A DNA stretch of 60,423 nt from an uncultured Thermoplasmatales archaeon (lineage in GTDB: Archaea > Thermoplasmatota > E2 > UBA202 > DSCA01), in assembly GCA_964514975.1 (NCBI GenBank), contig CAZESS010000013.1, positions 1-60,423 of the forward strand. The letters are read 5' to 3'. The notes beneath the pieces are model-generated. The model was not told where the DNA came from, made no database searches, and saw nothing but the letters and a program-made list of their open reading frames with translations. A program made the position numbers and the translations under genes. Positions 45,350-54,285 of the stretch are shown here, in pieces (positions within the stretch are counted from its first letter, which is position 1; the number at the start of each line of letters is the position of its first letter).

Positions 45350-46855
45350 TTATTTGTAGTCGAAGGTGACCTCGGGATACCGGTCGGCAAGGCCGAGAAG
45401 CGTGTCGAGCGGCTGACCCTTGAGGTAGACATCGAAAAAAGCCAGGGTGTAGGCGTTGCTGATCGCCATCAGCCGCTTCGGCTCGATTGAGCCAAACCCG
45501 ACGAGCGGCCGCGGTATCAGCGGTGCCAGATGCGTCAGCAGCAACCCGACGTCGGTATACGAGTAATGGGCGGCGCCCGCCACCTCCGCCATGTAGATGT
45601 CGTCGCTCGTCCGGTTCCACATCTGCCGCAGCGTCGTATCCCGCTGGAAATGTCCCTCGGCGAGCAGCGACAGAAACGGCCTGGCTGTCCCGTTCTCCGC
45701 CGGCCCGCCGTGGAAAAAGCCATCCAGCGCCGCGCCCGCGGTGACCCGTTCATCCCGGTTGCAGGTTGCTGCCGACGCGCCGCCGCCGAAGGAATGACCG
45801 TAGATGCCCACCCGGCCCAGGTCGAGGCATGCCCGCACCGGTGCATCCAGTTCGGGGAGCACGTCGAGCACATATTCGATGTCATCGAGCACGGTGTCGA
45901 ACGCCATCCTGAAATAGGCATCCGCCTCTTCAGGGTCAGATGGCGCCGGCTGATGCTCTATCACCCGCCCGTCGGGAAACACGGTGACACCCGCCACGTA
46001 GGGATGCTGGACGGCGGCGACGACGTAGCCATGGCTGACCAGGGTCTCTATCAGCGAGGTGTATATCTCCCGGACGCCGTCGTAGCCATGTGAAAACAGC
46101 AGCACGGGAAACCGCCCATCGGCAGGCGGTGCATCACCGGCCGCATGCGGCATCACCGAGGTATATGCGTCGTCCGGTATCCAGAACAGCGGGATGGGCG
46201 CCTCATGTTTCAGCCAGTCGAACGTCTCCGCGTCCATGTAGGCTGCCCGGTCGCCGACGGCCTGCGCGGCGGGATACCAGAGCTGCAGCATCATCTCTCT
46301 GACATCGGATGGGTCCTCGGTGAACCGTTCCTCGCGCTCCCGGTCGACGAGGTGCACCGATGTGGTGCCGATGTCGTATGGGCCGTCCGGCGCCGGCAGA
46401 AAGGAAGCGCTGCGTGCCCCGGATACATGTATCTGTCCCGGCGGGCTGATGATGCGGACGGAGAACCATGAGGTGTTGCTCTGCATGATGCCGACCAGCG
46501 GCATCGAGATGCCCGTCGACGTGGTGCAGCACCCGAGGAGCAGCATGCCGAAAAAGACGCCCGACATGTTCCCCTGCGTTGCCCCGAGGGTCCATGTGCC
46601 GCTGAACCAGCCGCGCTGGCTGTTCCTGCCGAGCCTGATGAACCCGGCTGCGGTGCCGGCCCGCTCATCGTTTTGGTAGATCGTGCCGGTGAACGCGCCG
46701 TCGGCCCAGCCCGGCCGGCCGGATGCCCCGCATTTTTCTGTCATCGATGCCCGGCTCCGGGGAGCGGCGGTGTGCATGATGCTGCCTGACGCTGTGCCGC
46801 CTATAATGATGCCGATGAGCAGCAGGACGGCGAGCGTGCGATGTCCCGGGTGCAT
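45350..46855 (-). CDS. Secreted PAF-acetylhydrolase-like alpha/beta hydrolase with N-terminal extra domain
   Basis: LQLWYP, FSHG, GHSFGG, ALDG, AHYSYTD. Confidence 0.85.
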   Translation of the reverse strand: MHPGHRTLAVLLLIGIIIGGTASGSIMHTAAPRSRASMTEKCGASGRPGWADGAFTGTIYQNDERAGTAAGFIRLGRNSQRGWFSGTWTLGATQGNMSGVFFGMLLLGCCTTSTGISMPLVGIMQSNTSWFSVRIISPPGQIHVSGARSASFLPAPDGPYDIGTTSVHLVDREREERFTEDPSDVREMMLQLWYPAAQAVGDRAAYMDAETFDWLKHEAPIPLFWIPDDAYTSVMPHAAGDAPPADGRFPVLLFSHGYDGVREIYTSLIETLVSHGYVVAAVQHPYVAGVTVFPDGRVIEHQPAPSDPEEADAYFRMAFDTVLDDIEYVLDVLPELDAPVRACLDLGRVGIYGHSFGGGASAATCNRDERVTAGAALDGFFHGGPAENGTARPFLSLLAEGHFQRDTTLRQMWNRTSDDIYMAEVAGAAHYSYTDVGLLLTHLAPLIPRPLVGFGSIEPKRLMAISNAYTLAFFDVYLKGQPLDTLLGLADRYPEVTFDYK

Positions 46856-46926
46856 GTACAACGAACGGCCGTGCTGGATAAAAAATTATCTGTGCGGCGG
46901 ATGACGGCGCTGGTGGATAAAAAGAG

Positions 46927-47046
46927 TAGCGGGGAGTGGATTTGAACCACTGATTTCCGGGTATCTCAGACCCTTTGGGGATGAAACACCTTGTCCAAAG
47001 GGGTTCATATGAGCCCGACGGGTTTTCCTGACTACCCCACCCCGCT
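46927..47046 (-). tRNA. Initiator tRNA-Met(CAU) with 45-nt intron (46963-47007)
   Basis: AGCGGGG/CCCCGCT (A1-U72), GGG/CCC anticodon stem, CAT anticodon, BHB motif with CTCA/TGAG central helix and 3-nt bulges at position 37/38. Confidence 0.93.
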
Positions 47047-47168
47047 GTGGCGTGGCGAAGCAATATAGCGGGGCAACTTATTTTAATGTTTTGGATGCTC
47101 TGCATGACGCCTGCGCGGCGCCGGCGAGGATAATAACAACCAATAAATACGGCGCGGGCATTAGTGAC

Positions 47169-47882
47169 ATGATAACCATGAGGCATGGAGGACATGTGCT
47201 TATTCTGTGTGCCATCGCGCTGCTCATCACGCCGTCATTGCTGGCGCCCCTGTCCGCGGCGACCGAGGCCGAGGGTGTGGAGCTCCGGTTTACCATGTCG
47301 ACGGATGCGGGCACCCGGACGGAAACGCAGCATGTGCCGGCAAGCAGGATAGAGGGGCTGCTGCAGACCATCGAGCGCATACGGCAGGATTTTTATCTGC
47401 TGCGTGTGGCGGGCTCCGCGGCCGAGCAGGAGGATGCGAAAGAGATGCTGTTTTCTGATGTGGCGTCGCTTGAATGGCTGAAGATTTTTGCCTACCTGGT
47501 TGACAGGATTGAGGACATGGTCGATGCCTATATCACGCCCTGGACGAAGGCCACCTGTCTTGCGCACGTGCTGAGCTATGGCCATGGCAGGGCGCATGTG
47601 CCGCTGCATCATTCGCTGCCCTTCGGTGTCACCAGGGAAACGTTTGTGGGGCTGCTGCTGCGGCCGGTGTGGTGGCAGTACAACAGCCTGAGCATGACGG
47701 TGGTGCGGAAGGGCCATCTGCTGCCCCCGCGCATCGACTGGTGGGACATGTGGGGCCGTCAGCAGGGGATCATGGCCGGCTTCCTGGGCCTGCACATGAG
47801 CATCGATCGCCCGGTGCTGCCGGACACCCATCTGTTCGTCGGCCGCACCCTTTTTATGGTGAACAAGGATTTGGCGTGGTGA
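47169..47882 (+). CDS. Secreted hypothetical protein
   Basis: Signal-peptide-like N-terminus; stop overlaps the gatE start. Confidence 0.7.
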   Translation: MITMRHGGHVLILCAIALLITPSLLAPLSAATEAEGVELRFTMSTDAGTRTETQHVPASRIEGLLQTIERIRQDFYLLRVAGSAAEQEDAKEMLFSDVASLEWLKIFAYLVDRIEDMVDAYITPWTKATCLAHVLSYGHGRAHVPLHHSLPFGVTRETFVGLLLRPVWWQYNSLSMTVVRKGHLLPPRIDWWDMWGRQQGIMAGFLGLHMSIDRPVLPDTHLFVGRTLFMVNKDLAW

Positions 47883-49747
47883 TGGACTACGAGCAGCTTG
47901 GATTGCGGGCCGGCCTTGAGATCCATCAGCAGCTCGACACGGGGAAGCTTTTCTGCCGCTGTCCCTCCGACATCAGCGACGAGGTCGATTACACGTTCCG
48001 GCGGCAGCTCGTGCCCACCCGTTCGGAGCTGGGCGATGTCGACCGGGCGGCGCTGGCGGAGGCACGGCGGGAGCGCCGGTTTGTCTATCGTGCATCCAAT
48101 AGGTCGACCTGTCTGGTTGAGGCAGACGAGGAGCCGCCGCATGCTGCCAACCAGGATGCCATCGATGTCTGTCTGACGGTGGCGATGCTGCTGGACGCCC
48201 GCGTGGTGGACGAGATACAGTTCATGCGGAAGATCGTGATTGATGGCTCGACGACGTCGGGGTTTCAGCGGACCGGGCTGGTTGCCACCGGCGGCGCTGT
48301 CGACGACGTGGATGTGGAGACCATCTGCCTGGAGGAGGATGCGGCCCGGATGCTGGAGGAGCAGGACCGCGTGGCCGTGTACGGCCTCGACCGCCTGGGT
48401 ATCCCGCTCGTTGAGGTTGCGACGGCGCCCGATATCAGGTCGCCGGAGCAGGCCGAGCAGATCGCGCTTCGCATCGGCCGGCTGCTCAGAGCGACGGGGC
48501 AGGTGCGGCGCGGCATCGGCACCATCCGGCAGGATGTCAACGTGTCCATCGAGGGGGGCAGCCGTGTTGAAATAAAGGGCGTCCAGGAGCTGGGGAGCAT
48601 CGCCGCTATTTTGCGGTATGAGGTGCGCCGGCAGCGGGAGCTTCTCGTGGTGAGAGACCGCCTTCGCTCCAGGACGTCGAGGGATGCCCTCGACATGGTG
48701 TCGGTGGTGGATGTGAGCGAGGTGTTCGAGGGCATCGCCTCGGATATGGTGGCGCGGGCGCGTGCCGACGGCGTGGTGATGGCGGTCAGGCTGCCGGGGT
48801 TTGACGGGCTGCTGGGGGGTGTGACCTTTGAGGACGCTCGCCTGGGCAACGAGCTCGCGGCGCATGCGGAGCATGTCGGCGGCGGTATCATGCATTCCGA
48901 CGAGCTGCCCGCCTATGGCATTTCGGGGCGTGAGGTTGCATCGCTCCGTGAGCGGCTTGCATGCGATGATGGGGATGCGTTTGTCCTGTCGTTTGGCCCT
49001 GCAGGGGTGGCACGGTGCTGTCTTGGGCAGGTGATTTCTCGAGCAGCTGCCGCGTTTGAGGGCGTGCCCGAGGAGGTCCGGCGGGCGCTGCCCGATGAAA
49101 CGACGCGCTACATGCGGCCGATGCCCGGTGCCGAGCGCATGTATCCCGAGACGGATGTGCCGCCCGTTGCCGTCCCGCGGGAGCGCCTCGACCGTGTTGC
49201 GGGGTCGCTGCCCGAGCTCCCGGAGGAGAAGCGGGAGCGGTATGTGGCGCTGGGGCTGAGCGAGGAGGAGGCTGGCCAGCTGGTGTACGGCGACCGTGAC
49301 GCCTGGTTTGACGTGCTGGTGGAGCGATATCCCGGTATGGCGAAAACGGTTGCCCGGATGCTGTTGCATACGGTGCCGGAGGTTGAGCGGGAGACGGATG
49401 GCGACGTGGAGCTTGACATGGTCGACAGGGCGTTGTCGGGCGTGCAGCGGGACCTGTTTTCCCGGGAGGGTGTTCCGCAGGTGCTTTCGTATCTGGCGGC
49501 GCATCCCGATGCCTCACTGGAGGATGCGGCTGCCGCCTGCGGGCTTGAGGCCGTTGAAGAGGCGGCGGTGCGGGACGTGGTTGAGCAGGTGGTTGATGAC
49601 AACATGGGGCTGGTGGAGGAGCAGGGCGAGCATGCCGTCGGAGCGCTGATGGGCATTGCTATGGAGGAGCTGCGGGGGAGGGCGGATGGCTCGCTGGTGC
49701 ACCGTTTGCTTTTGAGCGAGGTGCGCCGCCATCTGAACCACACGTGA
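47882..49747 (+). CDS. gatE: Glu-tRNA(Gln) amidotransferase subunit GatE
   Basis: GLEIHQQL, KLFCRCP, MRKIVIDGS, LEEDAAR, LDRLGIPL, RGIGTIRQD, EIKGVQ, HSDELPAYGI, RMYPETD, C-terminal LMG..M..LRGRADG. Confidence 0.97.
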   Translation: MDYEQLGLRAGLEIHQQLDTGKLFCRCPSDISDEVDYTFRRQLVPTRSELGDVDRAALAEARRERRFVYRASNRSTCLVEADEEPPHAANQDAIDVCLTVAMLLDARVVDEIQFMRKIVIDGSTTSGFQRTGLVATGGAVDDVDVETICLEEDAARMLEEQDRVAVYGLDRLGIPLVEVATAPDIRSPEQAEQIALRIGRLLRATGQVRRGIGTIRQDVNVSIEGGSRVEIKGVQELGSIAAILRYEVRRQRELLVVRDRLRSRTSRDALDMVSVVDVSEVFEGIASDMVARARADGVVMAVRLPGFDGLLGGVTFEDARLGNELAAHAEHVGGGIMHSDELPAYGISGREVASLRERLACDDGDAFVLSFGPAGVARCCLGQVISRAAAAFEGVPEEVRRALPDETTRYMRPMPGAERMYPETDVPPVAVPRERLDRVAGSLPELPEEKRERYVALGLSEEEAGQLVYGDRDAWFDVLVERYPGMAKTVARMLLHTVPEVERETDGDVELDMVDRALSGVQRDLFSREGVPQVLSYLAAHPDASLEDAAAACGLEAVEEAAVRDVVEQVVDDNMGLVEEQGEHAVGALMGIAMEELRGRADGSLVHRLLLSEVRRHLNHT

Positions 49748-49804
49748 GCGAAAAATTTTTATAGAACCGCATATATATTGTGCTGAACGGAGGTGATATA
49801 CCAC

Positions 49805-50404
49805 ATGCCACGAAAAGAAAGAAATGAAGACGAAAACGAAAACTGGAGCCCGCTCGACGACTGGTTCGGCAACCGGCCCCGCAAACGACGCGGCCTGTTC
49901 ACATCAGACATATTCGACGACCTCGAAGAACAGTTCAAGCGCGACTGGCAGTACATGAACCGCATCATGCAAAACGCCATGAGCGGCGACACGAAGCCAC
50001 CCGAAGAAGGCGGTCCCTACGTCTACGGCTGGTCGCTCCGCGTCGGCCCCGACGGCAAACCCCGCTTCCGCGAGTTCGGTAACGTCTCACCCGACGAAAG
50101 CATGCGCCCTCGCCAGCTCTCCAGCACCCGGGAACCGCTCGTCGACATCGTCGAAAAAGACGACACCATAACCGTCACCGCCGAACTGCCGGGCGTCGCC
50201 AAAGAAGATATCGACCTCGAGGTCACCGAGAACACGCTGACCATCAACGTCGAAGACGACGAACGAGACTACTACAAGGAAGTCGAACTGCCGGCCGAGG
50301 TCGAAACCGAAGGCGCAGCAGCGACCTACCAAAACGGCATCCTGGACATCGAGCTGCACAAAGCCGAACAGAAAAAGAAGGGCACCAAGATACAGCTCGA
50401 CTAA
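49805..50404 (+). CDS. hsp20: Archaeal small heat-shock protein Hsp20
   Basis: GPYVYG..VGPDGKP..EFGN, REPLVD, AELPGV.KEDI, YQNGILDI; GGAGGTGA SD. Confidence 0.93.
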   Translation: MPRKERNEDENENWSPLDDWFGNRPRKRRGLFTSDIFDDLEEQFKRDWQYMNRIMQNAMSGDTKPPEEGGPYVYGWSLRVGPDGKPRFREFGNVSPDESMRPRQLSSTREPLVDIVEKDDTITVTAELPGVAKEDIDLEVTENTLTINVEDDERDYYKEVELPAEVETEGAAATYQNGILDIELHKAEQKKKGTKIQLD

Positions 50405-50432
50405 CCCCCCTCTCCCTCTTTTTCCCGTTTTT
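50405..50432 (+). terminator. Pyrimidine/T-tract terminator
   Basis: Pyrimidine run with two T-tracts right after the hsp20 stop. Confidence 0.5.
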
Positions 50433-50474
50433 TATACCTGCAAACCCATTTAAACACCGCAGCCATTGCGATAT

Positions 50475-51677
50475 ATGCACATCGACGCCGACCTGCACAT
50501 CCACTCACGCTTCTCAGGCGGCACCTCCCCAAAAATGACAGTGCAGCGGCTCGCAAAAGCAGCACAGCAAAAGGGCATACACCTCCTCGGCTCCGGCGAC
50601 TGCCTCCACCCGGTCTGGCGGGAGGAACTCAGCCAGGAAGGCGACATGAACAAAGGTGTCATCGCCGTCGGCGACACCAGCTTCGTGCTGACCACCGAAA
50701 TAGAAGACAGCAACCGCGTCCACCATCTCATCCTTTTTCCATCATGGCAGGCCGTTGACACGTTCATAGCAGCCATAGCGCCCGCAGCCGCAGCGCTCGA
50801 CACCGCCGGCCGCCCCCACGTTGCTACCAGCGGCGCCGCCATCGCCGACATGGCCCACGACGCAGGAGCGCTCATCGGCCCCGCGCACGCCTTCACCCCC
50901 TGGACGGCCATGTACGCATACCACGACAGCCTCCAGGACTGCTACGATGGCGCCACCGTCGACTTCCTGGAGCTGGGGCTGAGCGCCGACAGCGACTACG
51001 CCGACACCATCGACGAGCTGCACCATCTCACATTTCTCTCCAACTCCGACAGCCATTCGCCCTACCCGGTCAGGCTCGCCCGCGAGTTCAACCGGCTCGA
51101 CATCCAGGCGGTTACCTGGGGCGAAATACGCAGCGCCCTGCTCCACCGCGCCGGACGAAACATCGTCCTCAACGTCGGGTTCCCGCCCGGCGAGGGCAAA
51201 TACAACCGCACGGCCTGCACCGCCTGCTACCGTCAATATGACATCGATGCTGCCCGGAAACGGAACTGGCGATGCGGCTGCGGCGGACGCATCAAAAAAG
51301 GCGTGCGGGACAGGATAGATGAGCTCGCCTCGCATGGCGAAGTGCGGCATCCGGAGCACCGGCCGCCATATCTCCATCTGCTCCCTCTGGCAGAAATCAT
51401 CGGGGCGGCGCTGCGGTTCTCCCCCCGCTCCAGGACGGTGCAGCGACGCTGGACACATCTCATGGACCATTTTGGGAGCGAAATCGCGGTGCTCATCGAC
51501 GCCGACAGCGAGGACATTGCACAAGTTGCGTCCCCGGCGGTCGCCAGCGCTATCCAGGCGTTCCGCAGCGGCACCATCACCGTCCATCCAGGAGGCGGCG
51601 GAAAATACGGCGAGCTGGAGCTGCCCCGCGCTGGCAGCGAGACCAAAAACCAGCGGAGGCTGATGGAATGGAACTGA
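50475..51677 (+). CDS. PHP-domain protein, TIGR00375/endonuclease Q-like
   Basis: DLHIHSRFS, VHHLI, PAHAFTPW, ELGLSAD, SNSDSHS, GKY..TAC..C, KGVRDRI, PGGGGKYG. Confidence 0.88.
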   Translation: MHIDADLHIHSRFSGGTSPKMTVQRLAKAAQQKGIHLLGSGDCLHPVWREELSQEGDMNKGVIAVGDTSFVLTTEIEDSNRVHHLILFPSWQAVDTFIAAIAPAAAALDTAGRPHVATSGAAIADMAHDAGALIGPAHAFTPWTAMYAYHDSLQDCYDGATVDFLELGLSADSDYADTIDELHHLTFLSNSDSHSPYPVRLAREFNRLDIQAVTWGEIRSALLHRAGRNIVLNVGFPPGEGKYNRTACTACYRQYDIDAARKRNWRCGCGGRIKKGVRDRIDELASHGEVRHPEHRPPYLHLLPLAEIIGAALRFSPRSRTVQRRWTHLMDHFGSEIAVLIDADSEDIAQVASPAVASAIQAFRSGTITVHPGGGGKYGELELPRAGSETKNQRRLMEWN

Positions 51678-52327
51678 CCTGCGGCATCGACGAAGCGGGC
51701 CGCGGCCCGGTCATCGGCCCCATGGTGGTCGCCGGCGTCTGGATTGACGAGGCAGCAAAGCATGAGCTCCTCGAGCTCAACGTCAAGGACTCAAAAAAAC
51801 ACAGCCCGAAGCGGCGGGAGGAACTCGCAGCCATCATCGGTCAGCGGTTTTACCATCGCCTCAAGGTCGTCAGAGCAGCGGACATCGATACCCTGCGCGG
51901 AGCGATGACCCTCAACGAGCTCGAAGCCCACGTCTTCGCCAAAATCGGCAGTGAAAAAAAGGCTGACACCTACTATCTCGACTCGGCCAGCACCAGCGAG
52001 GCATGGTTCGGCGAGCGCTTCCAGGCCAGCCTGCCATTCAGTGCCACGGTGATATCGCGGCACGAGGCAGACGACACCTATCCCGTGGTCTCCGCCGCAT
52101 CCATCATGGCAAAGGTTGAACGCGACCGCCAGGTAGACATGATAGCCGGCGAGCTCGAGCCACATCTCGACCTGCCACTCGGCTCCGGGTATCCATCCGA
52201 CCCCAGGACACGGCAGTTCCTCAAAACATGGATGCAGGAACACGGCGACGTCCCACCGTACACCCGCCGGTCATGGAAAACAGTCCAAAAAATCAGGGGT
52301 GAGCTCGAGCAGAACACCCTGTTCTAA
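51668..52327 (+). CDS. rnhB: Ribonuclease HII
   Basis: GIDEAGRGPVIGP, KDSK, VSAASIMAK, GSGYPSDP, RRSW. Confidence 0.97.
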   Translation: MELTCGIDEAGRGPVIGPMVVAGVWIDEAAKHELLELNVKDSKKHSPKRREELAAIIGQRFYHRLKVVRAADIDTLRGAMTLNELEAHVFAKIGSEKKADTYYLDSASTSEAWFGERFQASLPFSATVISRHEADDTYPVVSAASIMAKVERDRQVDMIAGELEPHLDLPLGSGYPSDPRTRQFLKTWMQEHGDVPPYTRRSWKTVQKIRGELEQNTLF

Positions 52328-52371
52328 CCACGCAATACATATAAAAACCTCCGGCAGATATAATACCCTCC

Positions 52372-52614
52372 ATGAGCGCATATACCACCGTTTCCCTCCC
52401 CAAGGGGCTGCATCGGCATCTCACCGGCTACCTGGAACAACACCCGGAGCTGGGATACGGCAGCGTCGCCGAGTTCGCCAAAGAAGCAATCCGGCTCCGC
52501 ATCGAAGAAATGCAGGAGGAAGCACTCCAGATATCCCTGGGAAAGCTCCGGCGGGCACGCACCCCTGACTGGCGGACACGCTGGGAGCGCTACCGGAACA
52601 GCGCCCGTCGGTAG
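52372..52614 (+). CDS. Ribbon-helix-helix (CopG-like) protein
   Basis: YTTVSLP...LGYGSVAEFAKEAIR. Confidence 0.8.
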   Translation: MSAYTTVSLPKGLHRHLTGYLEQHPELGYGSVAEFAKEAIRLRIEEMQEEALQISLGKLRRARTPDWRTRWERYRNSARR

Positions 52615-52673
52615 CCCCGGGGTGATAACGAAGTGTTTATGTAAGCTTTTTTCATTACCTCTGTGGTGGTTGT

Positions 52674-54125
52674 ATAGCGAGAGAACAGTGGCGCTCCCGC
52701 ATGGCCTTCGTCATGGCAGCCATCGGCTCAGCCGTCGGTCTCGGCAACATCTGGCGTTTTCCCTATGTCTGCTACCAGAACGGCGGCGGCGCGTTCCTGA
52801 TTCCCTACCTCGTGGCGCTGTTCACCGTGGGCATCCCGCTGCTCATGGTCGAGTTCGCGGTCGGGAAATGGTTTGGCTCCGCGGCGCCCCGATCCTTCGC
52901 CCGGATACAGAGAAAATGGGAATGGGCGGGCTGGTGGGCTGTCGTCGCCGCGTTCGTCATCGCCGTCTACTACTCGGTCATCATGGCCTGGTGTCTCTCC
53001 TACATCGTGCATTCATCCGGCCTCGTCTGGGGCAGCAACGCCGCCGCGTTTTTCGACCAGTTCCTGGGTACGACGGCCTCTCCGTTCACGGCTGGTGGCC
53101 TCAACCTCCAGATCGTGTTCGCGTTGCTCTTCATCTGGACGGCCATCTACCTCATCCTGTACAAGGGAGTCCGTTCCATCGAATGGGCCATCGCCTTCAC
53201 CGTCCCGGTGCCGACCATCCTGCTCATCATTCTGGCCGTGCGGGGCGTCACGCTGCCCGGCGCCATGGAGGGCCTGAGCTTCTATCTCACCCCGCATTTC
53301 GCCGAGCTCGCCTCGCCGTCGGTCTGGCTTGCAGCCTACGCCCAGATTTTCTTCTCGCTGTCGCTGGCCCAGGGCATCATGATTGCCTATGCCAGCTATC
53401 TAAGCAAGAAAAGCGACGTCACCAACAACGCCTGTATCGCGGCGCTGGCCGACGGCGGCATCGCATTTCTTGCGGGCTTCGCCGTGTTCTCCGTCCTGGG
53501 TTATCTCTCCCACTCAACGGGCATGGCCATCGGCGAGGCGGCGGGCAGCGGCCTCGGCCTGGCGTTCATCACCTACCCCACGGCAATCTCTGAGCTGCCG
53601 GTAGCGGCGGCGCTGTTCGGCGCCATCTTTTTCCTGGTACTGCTGACATTCGGCATCAACTCCGCCTTCAGCATGATCGAATCCGTCAGAGCCGCCGTCA
53701 CCGAAAAAGGCTTCAACCGGTTCCGGGCCACCGTTGTCATCTGCACCCTCGGGTTCCTGCTCAGCGTGCCCCTGGCTACAGGCGCTGGCCGCTACTGGGT
53801 GAACATCGCCGACCATTTCATCTCCAACTTCGGCCTCGTCCTCATCGGCCTTGCCGAATGCATCGTGTTCGGCTACGTCATGGGTGCCAGGCACATCCGG
53901 CGGGCCATCAACGAGATATCGGACTTCCCCGTCGGCAGATGGTGGGAACACCTGGTGCGCGTCGTCGCCCCCGTCATCCTGGTCGTCATCGCCCTCGCCT
54001 CTTTCCTGGAGCTCATCGCCGAGGGCTACGACGATTTGCCTGCTGGAGCGCTCATCGCCGGCGGCCTCATCGTCATCGCAAGCATCATCGTCGCACGAAC
54101 GTTCGCACGGATACGGAGGAGCTAG
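52674..54125 (+). CDS. Sodium-dependent NSS-family transporter (probable ATA start; first ATG at 52701)
   Basis: REQWRSR then IGSAVGLGNIWRFP, NGGGAFL, QIFFSLS, GLAFITYP. Confidence 0.92.
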   Translation: MAREQWRSRMAFVMAAIGSAVGLGNIWRFPYVCYQNGGGAFLIPYLVALFTVGIPLLMVEFAVGKWFGSAAPRSFARIQRKWEWAGWWAVVAAFVIAVYYSVIMAWCLSYIVHSSGLVWGSNAAAFFDQFLGTTASPFTAGGLNLQIVFALLFIWTAIYLILYKGVRSIEWAIAFTVPVPTILLIILAVRGVTLPGAMEGLSFYLTPHFAELASPSVWLAAYAQIFFSLSLAQGIMIAYASYLSKKSDVTNNACIAALADGGIAFLAGFAVFSVLGYLSHSTGMAIGEAAGSGLGLAFITYPTAISELPVAAALFGAIFFLVLLTFGINSAFSMIESVRAAVTEKGFNRFRATVVICTLGFLLSVPLATGAGRYWVNIADHFISNFGLVLIGLAECIVFGYVMGARHIRRAINEISDFPVGRWWEHLVRVVAPVILVVIALASFLELIAEGYDDLPAGALIAGGLIVIASIIVARTFARIRRS

Positions 54126-54127
54126 CT

Positions 54128-54229
54128 ATGCCGGCAAGCGCCATCGCTATGTTCATCATCGGATGCACGGTTTTCTACGGCGGCCTCGCCTGGTGTCTCT
54201 ACGTCGCGCTGAAAAAACGGCGGCTTTAA
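54128..54229 (+). CDS. MetS-like NSS transporter small subunit (33 aa)
   Basis: MPASAIAMFIIGCTVFYGGLAWCLYVALKKRRL directly after the NSS gene. Confidence 0.8.
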   Translation: MPASAIAMFIIGCTVFYGGLAWCLYVALKKRRL

Positions 54230-54285
54230 ACGCACGAACAAAACATTTTAAACAACGCCCGGTTATATAGCATGAGGATGACACA

